Program-made: the position numbers and the translations under genes
Source: Octopus bimaculoides
Lineage: Eukaryota
DNA length: 64,000 nt
Direction: 5' to 3'
NCBI RefSeq assembly: GCF_001194135.2
Contig: NC_068994.1
Location: 93,596-157,595 of the forward strand
Notes under the pieces: generated by a model
Databases searched by the model: none
What the model saw: the letters and a program-made list of their open reading frames with translations, nothing else
What the model was told of the DNA's origin: nothing
Shown here: positions 50,890 through 64,000 of the stretch, one piece after another
Numbering within the stretch: position 1 is the stretch's first letter
Layout: each line of letters begins with the position of its first letter

Positions 50890-51384
50890 ACACTGAGTTG
50901 ATTGTTTCGCTTTGGTTGTCCATTTTTTATAAACCTACTGCACACACACACGCACACACACCTTCACCACCACCATCCAGAAGTGAAGATGTGAGTGTGA
51001 AGAGACAGACAGACAGTCAGACAGAGATAAAAGAAAAGCACAATGGCTGAGACGAAAACATAATGGTATACTTGCACGTGAGCATTAGTTAAAGAACATT
51101 ATTATTATCATTATTATTATTATTACTATTATTTTATAAAGATTGACGTAACTCTTCACGAATATTTTTATTCCATCTAAAGGCTACAATAGGTGGTTGA
51201 GGGAATATTTGTTTGAAACGAGGATATTTTTCTGAAATATGCAGCTAACTTTTATGTATCACTTTTGAAATGCCAGCGAAATTTCGGTGCCAGTTAATCA
51301 CTAAAGGAATTTTATCAGAAATTTTACTTTGGTTACCAAAATCATGCGTGGAAGTTTTACTTTCTTTGCTAATTTTAGTTATGT

Positions 51385-51965
51385 CGTTTGCGATTTGACA
51401 TAATGGTGTTTCCAGTAATCTCCTATATCAGTAAAAATCCGTTTTATCCTAAAAAGTTGGGATTTCGGATTTGACCGAATTATATGATGCAGATGATCGG
51501 AGCGGCGGTGGAGGTAAATGTGGGATGGCGTGGGCTTGCAAAATAACTCCGTCACTATTCTGCCTCCAGAAAACTTTAATTTTTGTGTCCAAAAACTCAA
51601 CTCTAGTTTTTGAAAAACTAAGCGTAAATTTTATATTGGACTTAAAAGCCATAGTTTTTAGCGTAACAGTCACAGAACTATAAGAAGTTAATGAAACTGT
51701 CCTGTGATCCTTCCCAGTTAAAAAAGACTCCATCAGTGAACTGTAACCAGAGTATTTGTTCATGACTATACAGGGATTTGAATGTCTTCATTAATAGTGT
51801 CTCGGATTTCGTCACAAAGACATTAGCGAAATTAACTGTCATGGAGGTACCCATGGGGCAGCCCCACGTCTGGTTACCTTGTAACACAAACTCCAATAAC
51901 TTACAGAGAAAATTAGATGGAATACTTTGATCGTTTTTCGAAGGCATTTGGATGGGCAGGCAATT
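51385..51965 (-). mobile_element. Penelope-like reverse transcriptase remnant
   Basis: IPSNFLCKLLEFVL..GCPMGTSMTVNFANVF..WLQFTDGVFFNWEGS..FLDTKIK..IVTELFCKPT..YLHRRSDH.HHI..S.PKSQ.FRIKRI. Confidence 0.8.
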
Positions 51966-53816
51966 TTTCATATAAAGTTTTGTGACTTAAAACTTCTTTA
52001 AAAAACCGTAATATATCCACTCTTGTCCAAAATTACAATAGCGCCTTCTTTACCCACCATTTTAATAACAATAGAATTATTATTAGCTAGACGACGGAGT
52101 GAGTAACGCTGGGAATTTGTGAGCTTATTCCAGGACTTCTTTCCATTTGTTTTAAGGCTTTCCCTAATGCCTGAAAATCTTACCTCAAATATACCAATGT
52201 GTGCATTACAACCTGACGATTTATTACTTCAAAAGTCTAAATCGATTGGTGAGAGCAATTCATTTCACACAATGGAAGTTATTATTCAACACTATAGTTC
52301 AAAATTAATATCACTTGGTGCAGACATTAAAAAGAATTTGAGTAATCTTGATTGAACAGGTTCTTCTAAAAATCGTTTCAGTTATTTCTGTAATCGAGCC
52401 TTGTGCCTAAAGTAGAAAAGATTTTTCTTTTGAGAGCAGTGCCGATCAGATATATGTGCCTGCTGTTTGACTCTGTAGCGATGACATCGTCAGTGTGGGA
52501 AACCGACACAGTCTCCCACGACCTAGTTCGCGCAGGATGTCCACCCTCCACATCAGTGACTTTAGAGTCAGTGCATACAGAAGAGACGAGAGTGGACAAG
52601 CCTAAAATATGTTTTAAACACCGCAGTACATCAAAAATGTTAAATATATTTTCACAATGGGAAGTGTTTAAAACTAAAGGGCGCAGAACGTGAAAAATTA
52701 GTCCGTCAGTTACTGCTATTAATATCAGGGCAGTGGATTGGCGGAATCATCGGAACGTCGAACAAAATGCCCTGCTTTATTTGTTATGGCTCTAAGCGTT
52801 CTAAGTTACATCCCACCGAGATTAACTATGCCTTTCTTCCCCACGGATACGATAAAATAAAGTGACAGTCAAATACTACGGGCGATATAATTGACTGATC
52901 TCTTCTAAATTTGAGGCCTTGTATCTGATTAGAGGTCATTATTAACATAATTTGTAGAGCAATAAGAATAGCACTCGGAACGAATAGGATTAACGGCGGG
53001 TATTTCTGCTTGCGATAAGCTCAGACACAATTTAACTGGGAAGTATGAAGGAGGAGTGGGAGGAGGAGGAGGAGGAAAAGATCAAATTAACGAATATTTG
53101 TCGAAAGCAACAAATAACAAATAACAGATGTTAAGGAAGATATCCTGAGAGAATTAATTAAACTCTAACATTGCAATGTATGAGACAGAAATCGACTTTT
53201 AAATTAATAAATTGTTAATAAGCTTTTAACAGAAATGAAAATACATGATACAACATTCGCAGATCTAATTATTGCTGAAGACAATTTCATTAAATAAACT
53301 AATATTCTACGACATAGGCTGGTCAAGAAAATATAGTTATAAGAAGACTAGAAACCGCGGCCCGACTAACAATAGTCAGGTTTGAAAATTATAAATCTAG
53401 GAGAAACCTTGTAATATAGAAAACATATTTGTGAACTGTGGAAATACGAATTTAGCTGAGAAATATAAGAAATGCAAGTAGAGAGAATAAAACAAACTTT
53501 TTATAATGAAATCAGATTTAATTCTGTAAATAAATGTAAAATATTCTTAAAGAGATGTAATAACATTAAGTCAGGATCCTCAGAAGAGATGCTATTTTAG
53601 TAGAAACACTTACAGAATAAGCTTCCAATAAATAGATCGGTAGGGTTGTAGAACAATGTTCTGTAAATATTTTGCAAGATTACGGTGTTTTGATAATGAA
53701 GTATTATTGATATAGCCCTTTCTCAAAATTATTTCATGCAACAGAAATTAAATTTTCACCTCCCATTGGATGGAGTACTTTCTTGTTGATCCCACAAATA
53801 ACAGAACAGTACACTG

Positions 53817-53925
<109 letters not shown>

Positions 53926-54189
53926 AGCAACATATATTTGCCAACTAAGTGTGGCGTCCTATACAGGGCAGGGCTATTGATGTTTTTAGCTCCAGGTAGA
54001 CATCTCCAGCTGGCTAACGACACACATTGTGTCCGATTAGTATTTGCGAGGGGAGGTAATCGCTCCCATCTCTAGCCTTACGTGATACGCACGGGCTGAA
54101 GTTTCTGGGTGGTTACCCGTCCTCGAGTTTGGGTGTATCATATAAGGCTAGAGATGGGAGCGACGTATGGTGAGATGGATGGACAGAGA

Positions 54190-54254
54190 GGCAAAGGTAG
54201 ACAGACAAACTGACTGACTGACAGTCAGAAGGATAGACAGAAAGGCAATCAAAA

Positions 54255-54285
<31 letters not shown>

Positions 54286-54436
54286 GAGAGAAATAGAAAG
54301 ATGACCACAGACAGACAGATTGATTGATAAACAGAGATATAAATGGATGGATTGACAAACGGACAGACAGACAAAATGGCAGACAGGTAAACAGAAAGGC
54401 AGACAGACAGAAAGGCAGGCAGGCAGGCAAGAAGAG

Positions 54437-54472
<36 letters not shown>

Positions 54473-54628
54473 GGATATTTGCACAGCAACAGATTTGCAA
54501 AGATACACAAAGTAATTGTTGCATTTTTAATATATAAATTGTGAAGAAAAAAGATGGAAAATCAGGCCGAGGAGAGAAAGCCACGAGGAAAGAGAGAGAG
54601 AGAAGGCCTAGGCCTGAGAGTATGAAGA

Positions 54629-54659
<31 letters not shown>

Positions 54660-54680
54660 GAGCGAGAGAGAGAGGGGGGC
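54190..54680. repeat. (GACA)n/(GATA)n/(GA)n compound microsatellite
   Basis: Read directly. Confidence 0.9.
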
Positions 54681-55569
54681 TGGGTGTTGAAGTGATGTGA
54701 GAACGGGAGGGAGTGCAATGTTTGCTGTGAGAATATTGTGAAGGGTTTGACAGAGAAGAAGTGATGAACTGAGCGTGTTTGGTTGGTGAAGGAACGTTGA
54801 AGGCTGCCTTAGTATGGAGAGGCGTTGGAGAGGATGGAGGGCAGAGAAAGTGCAGCGTTCGGCAGCGAACAGAAGCTAAATGTACACCGAGTCAGAAAAC
54901 GAGCAATATAGAATGTAGGAAAGAAAAGAAAGAATGAAAGCAGTTAAGTAGATATATAAAAAAAAAAAAAAAGATGCCAATGTATATTTGGAATGAAGCT
55001 AGTGATTCATTGAAGACATTTTAGTTGTAGAAGAAAGGAAAGAAGAAAAAACAAGAACAACTATAATAACAACAACAATATAAATAATAATGATGATTTT
55101 TGCCTAAAAACGAACTAAAGAAGTATATGAAATCAACTCCTTAAAAGTGGAAATGATAAAAGAGACAAGGAACTATTAGCATTACTACTACTACTACTAT
55201 TGCTACAACAACTACTACGAAACAAATGATGAGTAAACAAAAAACTAAATTTAAAAAAAAAAGCAGGGAATCTTTTAAAAGAATGTATTTCTGGATATTT
55301 CTCCGTCTCCCGGTGACACTATGTTAATATTTGTCAGCGTCAGCGTTTCTGTTTACGATTCTAGCGCCATCTCTCGGCTGATCTATTGTGTGCTATTGAT
55401 GGCGGTTTAATTTTTACGATGACAAGGGAGAGGTCAGGGCAGGCGTATAATGCAAAGCCAGATTGTCGGATAGATTGTTGACGGGGTTCGAATCACGCCA
55501 AAAGCTGTTCAATACTCTTGATATTTTGATCAGCTTCCACTTGTATATTATTTCTCTGTTTCCCCATTT

Positions 55570-55798
55570 CTACACACTTGACACTCCCATTTGAACATTT
55601 GGTATTTCATAAAAACCAAATTTTTCAATCCCAGAAGAAATATCCATATCCACGAACCTTTCCAAGGCCTGAGAGAGGTGAGAAGAGAGGAAATCATCCT
55701 CGCACATAAGACTGGGATCGAATGCTTGCAACGGAGTAGATTTCACCAAAGGCATCCAGTGCCCTGGTGTTGGTATTGAACCAGCAAACTGATTAAGT
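55570..55798 (-). CDS. Possible terminal exon of a minus-strand gene (LNQFAGSIPTPGHWMPLVKSTPLQAFDPSLMCEDDFLSSHLSQALERFVDMDISSGIEKFGFYEIPNVQMGVSSV*)
   Basis: Minus-strand acceptor ttttcattctgtttttgtgtggtag|A followed by 75 open codons and TAG; high-complexity sequence; no family recognised. Confidence 0.35.
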
Positions 55799-56084
55799 CT
55801 ACCACACAAAAACAGAATGAAAACGGACCCTTGAACAGGCTTCCTCGTAGTTTTCAACAAAAACCTTACTACAAACGAACCCAAAACTCCGTAGTTGAGA
55901 ACCAAACTGCTGAGCCACATCTCCCTATTCACTTCTTACATTACGCCACAGTTTAAAATGTTTCACTATATTCTGTTACAGTACTTACAATACAACAGTG
56001 GATATATAATATTTAGAGCAGGTACATTCATCCAAAAGTGTTTATAGCATGTATGTTTACCCATAGTGGTTTAGTGCTCCTGAT

Positions 56085-57625
56085 AGCCTAACAGAAATAA
56101 GATCAAGCACAATTCGGCAGGAGGTCTCGACAGGTTCCCCGGCCACTGTCCTGAAGATGTGTCTACATCCTATTGCACTCCTTCCCCACTCTGGCTGAGC
56201 TCTGGAGGAAATCACTTGACGCTGACTACATTCCTGACCATTTTCCTTCCCAGTCTGTTGTTCCGGTTTTCAAAAAGGGAAGCAAATCTCTTGTACTTGA
56301 GAGGGTGGTGAGATCGCGTATAACTCACTTCCTCGAAGACAACAATCTGTTGAACCCCAGCCAGCATGGTTTCCGTGATGGCAGGGATTGCCTGTCGCAG
56401 CTTCTGCACTATTTTGACAACATCTTAAAAGCGTTGGGAGAGGGCTCCAACACTAATGTCATATACCTTGATTTCAGCAGGGCATTTGACAGAGTAGACC
56501 ACAAAATCCTGCTGAAGAAACTGTCCAACATTGGAGTCCGTAGAAAGCTGCTGCAGTGGATAAAGTGTTTCCTGACGAACAGAACCCAACATGTTGTGTT
56601 TGAGGGAACCCGATCCAGCTCAGCCAAAGTCAGTAGTGGTGTCCCACAAGGTACTGTGTTGGGCCCACTCTTCTTCATTATCTACATCAACGACATAGCA
56701 GACGTCATCAAACATTGTACATTGAAAATCTTTACAGATGATTCCAAGCTCCAAAAGGCCATAAACGGTATGGGAGACCGAACATGCCTTCAGTCGGATC
56801 TGTTTGTTGTTTCCCAATGGGCGGAAAAGAACAATATGGTTTTAAATGAAGATAAGTTTAATTTGATCCAGTTTGGAAAAGAGGAAACTCTGAAACTACC
56901 ATATGCCCTTCCCTCGGGAGACTCCCCAATGACATCCAACAATACCAGAGACATTAGAGTAGTCATTGATAAAAATCTAAGCTGGAGTTCCCACGTAAAC
57001 AGCAAGGTTGAGTTGGTCCGCAAGATGTGCTCCTGGATTCTGAGAACTTTCCGGTATAGAAGTGCTCACACCATCATCCTTCTCTACTCTACTTTTGCCT
57101 GACCCCCACCTAGAATACTGTTGCCCACTGAGGTCTCCCCACACAAAGCAACGCATTATGAAAATGGAAGCACTCGAGAGGTCAATAACAAGATAGATGG
57201 CATGACAGGTATTGACTATTGGGGTCGACTAAAAAACCCAATCCCTGATCTCGCCAACGCCACATCATTTGTATGATGTCGAAAATATTTCATCAATATT
57301 GCACAAATGATGTTAGCATCATTTGAAAATCCACCCAAAACTTGGTCCTCGTACTATCCGCCCACTAGAAAAATCGAACACAGGACACATAAAATTACGA
57401 CACAACTACTTTAGCTCAACCGGTCCAACTCTCTTTAATATCAGACCAAAATACGTCAAAACGGAAACAGATCCAATAAAATTCAGAAGTTCTCTGGACA
57501 AATTTTCCCCCCAAAATCCCAGACCAACTTCCTACATCCGGATATGTCTCCAACGATAATTCCTTGCTAGAGTGGGCCATGGTGCCCCATATATGACAGC
57601 TCACCACCTTAATAATAATAATAAT
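56085..57625 (+). mobile_element. 5'-truncated CR1/L2-like LINE: RT pseudogene, 3' UTR and (TAA)n tail
   Basis: ORF 56173-57102 with QHGFR..C..QLL, YLDFSRAFDRVDH, SGVPQGTVLGPLFFIIYIND, FTDDSKL; frameshifted C-terminus; taataataataat tail at ~57610. Confidence 0.92.
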
Positions 57626-58158
57626 GGTTGAGACTTGGGTGCAACTCGTATAAATTAAAGCAAAACCAGTTGATATATATCAATTCAAGAGCCGATCATA
57701 AATCTAATCTGGAGGCACAAAAATATTTTTCTCTCAGAACATTCGAATATCAAAATATGGTCATTGAATACAACACAAACCAAATTTGGTTTTATGTCTA
57801 TGGCTGGTCAGCATCAAGCCTATAAGCGGGAAAACCGTGACCACCGGCAGATTTTGCTTATTTAAGAAGTTTCGGTCAGTGCTGGCTGATAACTTCAATC
57901 GAGTGTCTCAATAGACTTAATCAATTCAATGAAAATAAGTGAGAACAGTTGCACTCACAAAAGCCTGCCATTCATGGATATTAAAAATCAAGGCAGAGTG
58001 ATCTATCGAGTGACCTCGGAAGGTAAATGGTACAAGAAATGAAACCATTAATCTAAATACGCATTTTAATGAGTGAAATAAAAGAGAGATCACTGCTTGA
58101 TGAAAGCACAGTCATTGTAATTCAGGGAATTAAAACTTTCAGGTCAAACGGATGGCAA

Positions 58159-58203
<45 letters not shown>

Positions 58204-60166
58204 GTCAATATATTTTGGCGGTATCTGTTTATGGTAATAAGTAGAGATTGGCGAAAGTGTTAAAACTGAACCAAAACAATGGTCCCTGACACACACATGA
58301 AATCATTCACTCGCAAAGATATACCCGGTAGTCCGAATATCACTATTAAAATATCAATTAACCCTACACTTAGGACAGCCGTTGTATATGGGTATGTTTG
58401 CTGTGGTCGGATGTATGGAAGTTAGGGTAACCAATTTGGCTGCCGTACTGGCTGTCCAAATGCCACACACTGCGCCAATAACCGACACATTTACTCTGAA
58501 CACTGATGCACTAACGGTAACACCTTATACTCTTACAATGCTAGAAATAGCAGCCAAATGATCAACTTTCACCTTCTCGACAATGTTATCTTGGGTATAC
58601 CACAAAAAGCACGGATTGGTTAGGGTTAGGGTTAGAACGTCTTTCATTTATAGGTTTGCACGATCAAGGTGTTAACAACAATCGCAACTCTGAACTTTGC
58701 CAATCATATCACAGTAACAAAGTAACGCCAATACATACCTCGATATATTACAGAAGATGTTGGAAAGAAANNNNNNNNNNGGGGCGATATCTGTATAATT
58801 AGAGTTTGAAGAGTTGAATACCTTCTCATATCAAGATGGCTTCCCGTAATGTGATAAGATATTGCACACAAGCCTTATCCTTTCATTTGTTATTTCATTC
58901 AATAAACAAAACAGTCTGTGCAAACCATTTTTAGAAGAAAGACAAAATAGTAATGCGTTCTGATATCACCAACGCGCTCGCGTGTGTGTGTGTGTGTGTT
59001 TATAAAGAGCAGCAATTGTTTTCTATACACTTATGTAGTAGATAAAGCATTAAAAGAGAGGAGGTCGACGTGTCAATAGTGTTTGGCGGCTGATTACATT
59101 GACATCGTGTGTGAGCCAGTGGTTCTCTGTGTGAGACAGTGTGCTAACTTAAGAAAAAGGAAGTTTCTGAGCCGGGCAGTCATACAATTCTTCCCTATTA
59201 AATCATCTGCCATCCTTAAATTGAAAATAAACACTTCCAGATAGTTTACCCTGTGCCTGTGCAAACCAAACCCATTGGCAACTCGGCCAAGATGGCCAAC
59301 AGACAATGTATAGCATGTGTCACAGCCATGTTTGCTATAGCAACGTAAACATTTAGAGCTGCTAGCAGGTCATCGTTAATGAACTGTTTGTCAGCCAGAG
59401 AGAATTTGGCCGACGAATTTCCCAGCATGCTTCCACATTCTCATTACCATCCTTTTAACACAATCAGTCTCATTACTTCTTTCTTTCATTATACTTAGCT
59501 TCTTTCTTTCTTTCTCTTTCCTTTCGTTTCTTCCTCTCTATTATTTTCTATCCCGCACCCTCTCCACCCATGACAACTTCTCCAAATTTAGCATATTTTA
59601 CTCATTTCTCTCATTGCTTGCCTACCTGTCTGTTTGTCACTTTTGTGTGTGTACGTGCGCGCGCGTGTATGAATGTATGTGTATACGTGATCTGTGTTGC
59701 GTTTCTAAGTACGTGTGTATTTTCGTGATATAGTGGGGGCCCTGTCTGTCAATTTTTGTGTGTGCCGGAGAAGGGTGTCTGTAAATGAGTGTCTCTATAT
59801 GTGCATGTAAATATATGTGTTTATACGTGTGATTGTGTGTGTGTTCATATATTTACCCTCCATAAATCATTGCAGAATTAATATTCCCCATTTATGGGGG
59901 GGGGGGGAGTGAAGTGGTGGAATTCCGGATTTAAAAAATTACAGATTTTATAAAAATCCGGCTTAAAAGAATTGCGGATTAACTGCTTGGGTGAATTTAT
60001 TCATATCCTTTATGGTCTGATTTGAAATCCTGCCAAGAGTGTCTTCGCCTGGAATCTATAAAATAAATGTCAACTTCATACCGAGGGAACGTTTGGATCA
60101 ACTAAATTCAAACAATAGTGTCTTCAAAAAAATCATTTCAATTTTGACCTCCCGTAACATATTTGG

Positions 60167-60244
60167 TGGTGGGTGAGGGGGCCTTTCTAGTGGTGGGTGA
60201 GGGGGCCTTTCTAGTGGTGGGTGAGGGGGCCTTTCTAGTGGTGG
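60167..60244 (+). repeat. 24-bp tandem repeat x3.2 (tggtgggtgagggggcctttctag)
   Basis: Three perfect units read directly. Confidence 0.95.
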
Positions 60245-60369
60245 ATGTCTGTGAGTGCAGCAGCAGCAGCACATCATCCAGCGATTGTCTGTTGAGGGTC
60301 TCACCTGAGTTTAGCAGATTATCAATAATTGTTTGGAATTAGTTAAGTCAGGGATGGGCTTTAGCCAGG

Positions 60370-60760
60370 AGAAATCCTCGCTGGTAGTGAAGCCCAGTAT
60401 TTGGATGTTGTTAGGTGCCGCCCACGATTAAGTGGGGGAATAATGCGAGTCTGTTGTCTTGGTATTAAAAGAGACGAAACCACATTGAAGGATGCTTTCG
60501 AGGTCCCTGTTTACGCAGTTTGGGTCTCGATTAAGGATGCGAGTGACTGATGCGCAGTTGAGGAATGTTGGGGAAGAATGAAGAGTTGTGTCATCTGTGT
60601 AAAAGTGGTCATTGTTGGACGAAGGGTAAATAAGTTATTGATGTAGAAGGAAGAGACTGGGTTACAATACCGTGCACTGGGCACATCGAGGTCGATAGAA
60701 TAATGGGGTAGAAAGAAGTCCCAGTGTGTGATCTGTTAGGCGGTTGTTGATCCAAGAGAT
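60370..60760 (-). mobile_element. Decayed L2/CR1/Jockey-type RT fragment
   Basis: ISWINNRLT..VPQ.TVL..FLLYINNL..HFYTDDTTLHSS..NRDLESILQ.G..FN.KT across frameshifts. Confidence 0.7.
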
Positions 60761-60764
60761 AAAA

Positions 60765-61025
60765 GATGGATGGAGCCCACAGGCGGGTGGAACCGATACG
60801 TGGGTGGAGCCTATAAGTAGCTGGAGTTCACATGAGGGTAGGGTCCATAGGCTGGAGGAACCCAAAGGTGGGTGGAACCGATAGGTGGGTGGAGCCCACA
60901 GGTGGATGGAATCCATAGGATGGTGGAGTCCATAGGCTGGTGAGTCTATAGGCGGGTGAAGGCCGTGGGTGGGTGAAGGCCGTGGGCGGGTGAAGGCCGT
61001 GGGCGGGTGAAGGCTGTAGGTGGGT
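60765..61025 (+). repeat. Degenerate ~17-bp G-rich minisatellite
   Basis: Units such as gggtgaaggccgtgggc and gggtggagcccacaggt; homogeneity increases toward the right end. Confidence 0.8.
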
Positions 61026-61153
61026 AGTTTCGACAGCAGATTTCCCTGCCACACAATCGAAATCTTTGCTGTCGTTGACAAATTACGGAGTTGGTCAGCA
61101 GTGGATCTGACTTTTCGGAAACAATATTAGTGGTCGTTGAGGGGAGAGGGAGG

Positions 61154-61191
<38 letters not shown>

Positions 61192-61644
61192 AGAGTGTCA
61201 AGATGCTGAAAAAACATAATTATCAATGGTTGTTTTCATTAGCTTTAGAGATTTCGGAATTGAGTTCAAGATGGGTGTATGTGTGTGCAAGTATGTATAT
61301 ATGTGCGTGTATGTATGCATGCATGTATATATGTGTGTGCGAGTATGTATATATGCGATTATATGTATATACGTGCATGTATGTATGTATGTATGTATGC
61401 ATGATACATATATTTGCATGCTTGTAGTTGAGCTTCTCCCTTTAACAGTGTATCCGCTCTACATGGCTAACTGTATATGTTCGCAGTTGTCTGTGTTTAT
61501 AATGTGTTTGTGTGCGTGTGAGCCTGTATATGTGTAAGTGTACAATAGTTAATATTGTTCGATTGTAACATAGTTATACAAAAGAGGAGATTTATTTATT
61601 ATAGGAAAAGGGAACGCTAGTCTTAACCATCAATCTCATCCTTC

Positions 61645-61686
<42 letters not shown>

Positions 61687-62719
61687 GCGTGTGCGTGTGC
61701 GTGCGTGTGTGTGTGTCTGCGTGTGACCAAAGTAATTATACACTTTAAAATATGGTCAGCAATAAATACACAACTATTGAAAAGTAGCTCCTCGCATGCC
61801 AGGCCGTCGTCTATAATTGGAAGCAGGCAGACGACCATCAGTTTCTACCGTCTGATTGGTTGTAGTCAGTGATAATGGCCGGAGAAGTTGCTTCTCAACA
61901 CCTTTTACCCACAGACAACAGATAGCAACGCCTCTGATTTATATACAATCACCGATGCCAACAGAAACGCAGCCTCTACATTATTTATGATCTGACTACA
62001 GCCCTCTCTCTTCACCATTCTCTCCAACAGTCGCTTCCAATGACCATCACACATCACAAAACAACACCGGCACACACTCTCGCATATACACTACACCACC
62101 GTAACAATATTGTACAGTTAAGTTCAGTCTCCATTTAGGGCAGAGAATAAAACTGGAAGAATCAACTGTTAAAAGGTCAAATAAATCTATCCTTTCCTTC
62201 ATATTGGATACCTTTGCATCTGTGTGTGCGCGCAGGTATGTATATATGCGCTTATGCATGTATTTTATGTATGTTAACCTATAGAAATGTAAACATACGT
62301 GTGTGTGTGTGTGTGTGTGTGTATACATACATACGCACACATATACGCACTAAGCATACATACTGATAAATGTTGTATTTGGGCTCATTACTAATAATAA
62401 ATTAGCTTTATATATTTTAGAAGTGGACAATGTCCAGCTAGGGTTTATGGTCAAGAAGTCATCAGAGCGGTAATGAATATTTTAATAAACACCGATAGGT
62501 TGACAAGGCGATATCACTTCATAATCAACAAATGAATTAGGGGGTTGCGTTTGAATATCACGGTGGTTTGAATGGTTTCCCAAGAGAATAGGATTTATAT
62601 CGGATCGGTAATGAAGTAGACATGTGGATATAGTATGGTCTTCTCTAAGAATTGATGGAAATAACTAGCTCTATAACTACTGTTACCGCTCTATCTTTAT
62701 CTCTCTTTATCTGTCATAA

Positions 62720-62800
<81 letters not shown>

Positions 62801-62803
62801 GAA

Positions 62804-62882
<79 letters not shown>

Positions 62883-62948
62883 TAGATAGATAGATAGATA
62901 GACAGACGGATAGACAGACAGACAGAGAGACAGACAGACAGACAGACG

Positions 62949-62979
<31 letters not shown>

Positions 62980-63100
62980 GGATAGACAGACAGACAGATA
63001 GATGGACAGACGGACAGACAGACAGATAGACAGACAGACAGACAGACGGATAGACAGACAGACAGACANNNNNNNNNNGAGACAGACAGACAGACAGACG

Positions 63101-63131
<31 letters not shown>

Positions 63132-63132
63132 G

Positions 63133-63175
<43 letters not shown>

Positions 63176-63272
63176 GGATAGACAGACAGACAGATAGACA
63201 GACAGATAGACAGACGGATAGACAGACAGACAGATAGACAGACGGATAGACAGACAGACAGACAGACAGACG

Positions 63273-63310
<38 letters not shown>

Positions 63311-63400
63311 TAGATAGATAGATAGATAGATAGAGACAGACAGACAGACAGGCAGACAGACAGACAGGCAGACAGACAGGCAGGCAGACAGACAGATATC
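62720..63400. repeat. (TG)n-(TA)n-(GACA/GATA)n compound microsatellite, ~680 bp
   Basis: Read directly; source of the 237- and 243-aa artefact ORFs. Confidence 0.95.
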
Positions 63401-63570
63401 TCCCTGTCAACCATTATCCTCCGTTCTCTCACGTTCACACTTCAAATAACCAGACCCAAAGAGCTTTTACTTCATGGCAAGTGTACAAGTAACTCGCTCC
63501 TATCACTAGTTATATGATAGACATCCAGTAATCATTTAAGGTGCCAGATTCTCCAAGCTCGGTTTGTCTA

Positions 63571-63607
<37 letters not shown>

Positions 63608-64000
63608 ATGTATGTATGTATGTATGCATGTATGTATGCATAAATGCACACGCAAACATTCTCTTTCACACACACACACCTATATATAACCTCGCTAAAA
63701 TGAACTAAGAGCAGGAAAGGAGATCTAATTTAGCCAATTATTCGAAGTAACTGATGGAGGGCAAATAATATTGTATACAATGTTGGAAATATATATATAT
63801 ATATACACACCGTAAGGGTTGAATATAGTATGCAAAATTATAGAAAATATTATAAACAACATGTAAAGCATAGAAAATATATCATTATTTAATATTACGA
63901 TGTGTGAAGGCGGCGAGCAAGAAGAAACGTTGGCGGTAGAAAAGCTTAGCGGTATTTCTTCTGTCTTCGTGCTCTTAATTCAAATTCCGCCGAAGTCGAC

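Noticed and set aside
55441-55500. tRNA-like sequence with ggggttcgaatc and GGCGT...ACGCCA ends
   Set aside because: No T-stem 3' strand and no credible D or anticodon arms; at most a decayed SINE head.

Overview
AT-rich, microsatellite-saturated eukaryotic scaffold with N-gaps. The repeat families and introns suggest a cephalopod (Octopus-like) genome; this is inference, not a database result. Nearly all long ORFs in the supplied track are microsatellite or N artefacts. Host-gene content: a spliced + strand gene encoding an atypical SH2 domain (well-supported exons 22962-23078 and 24798-24939, then 25521-gap and a likely terminal exon 25843-25889; possible 5' exons near 6643, 7135 and 21490), plus a possible terminal exon of a - strand gene (55798-55570). 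The rest is decayed mobile DNA: two abundant tRNA-type SINE families, RTE, CR1/L2-like, R4/Dong-like (RLE), Tx1-like and Penelope-like retroelement remnants, four Tc1/mariner remnants (one DD37D maT, one DD34D) and several MITEs. Most notable: the SH2 domain lacks the FLVR arginine; a 290-bp foldback MITE with a 9-bp TSD carries inward-facing telomeric repeats; a TTAA-flanked TIR element carries a Merlin-like N-terminus; a Penelope 3' end is followed by a tRNA-like promoter and a half hammerhead; and retroelements pile up in (TAA)n tracts at 35-37 kb.
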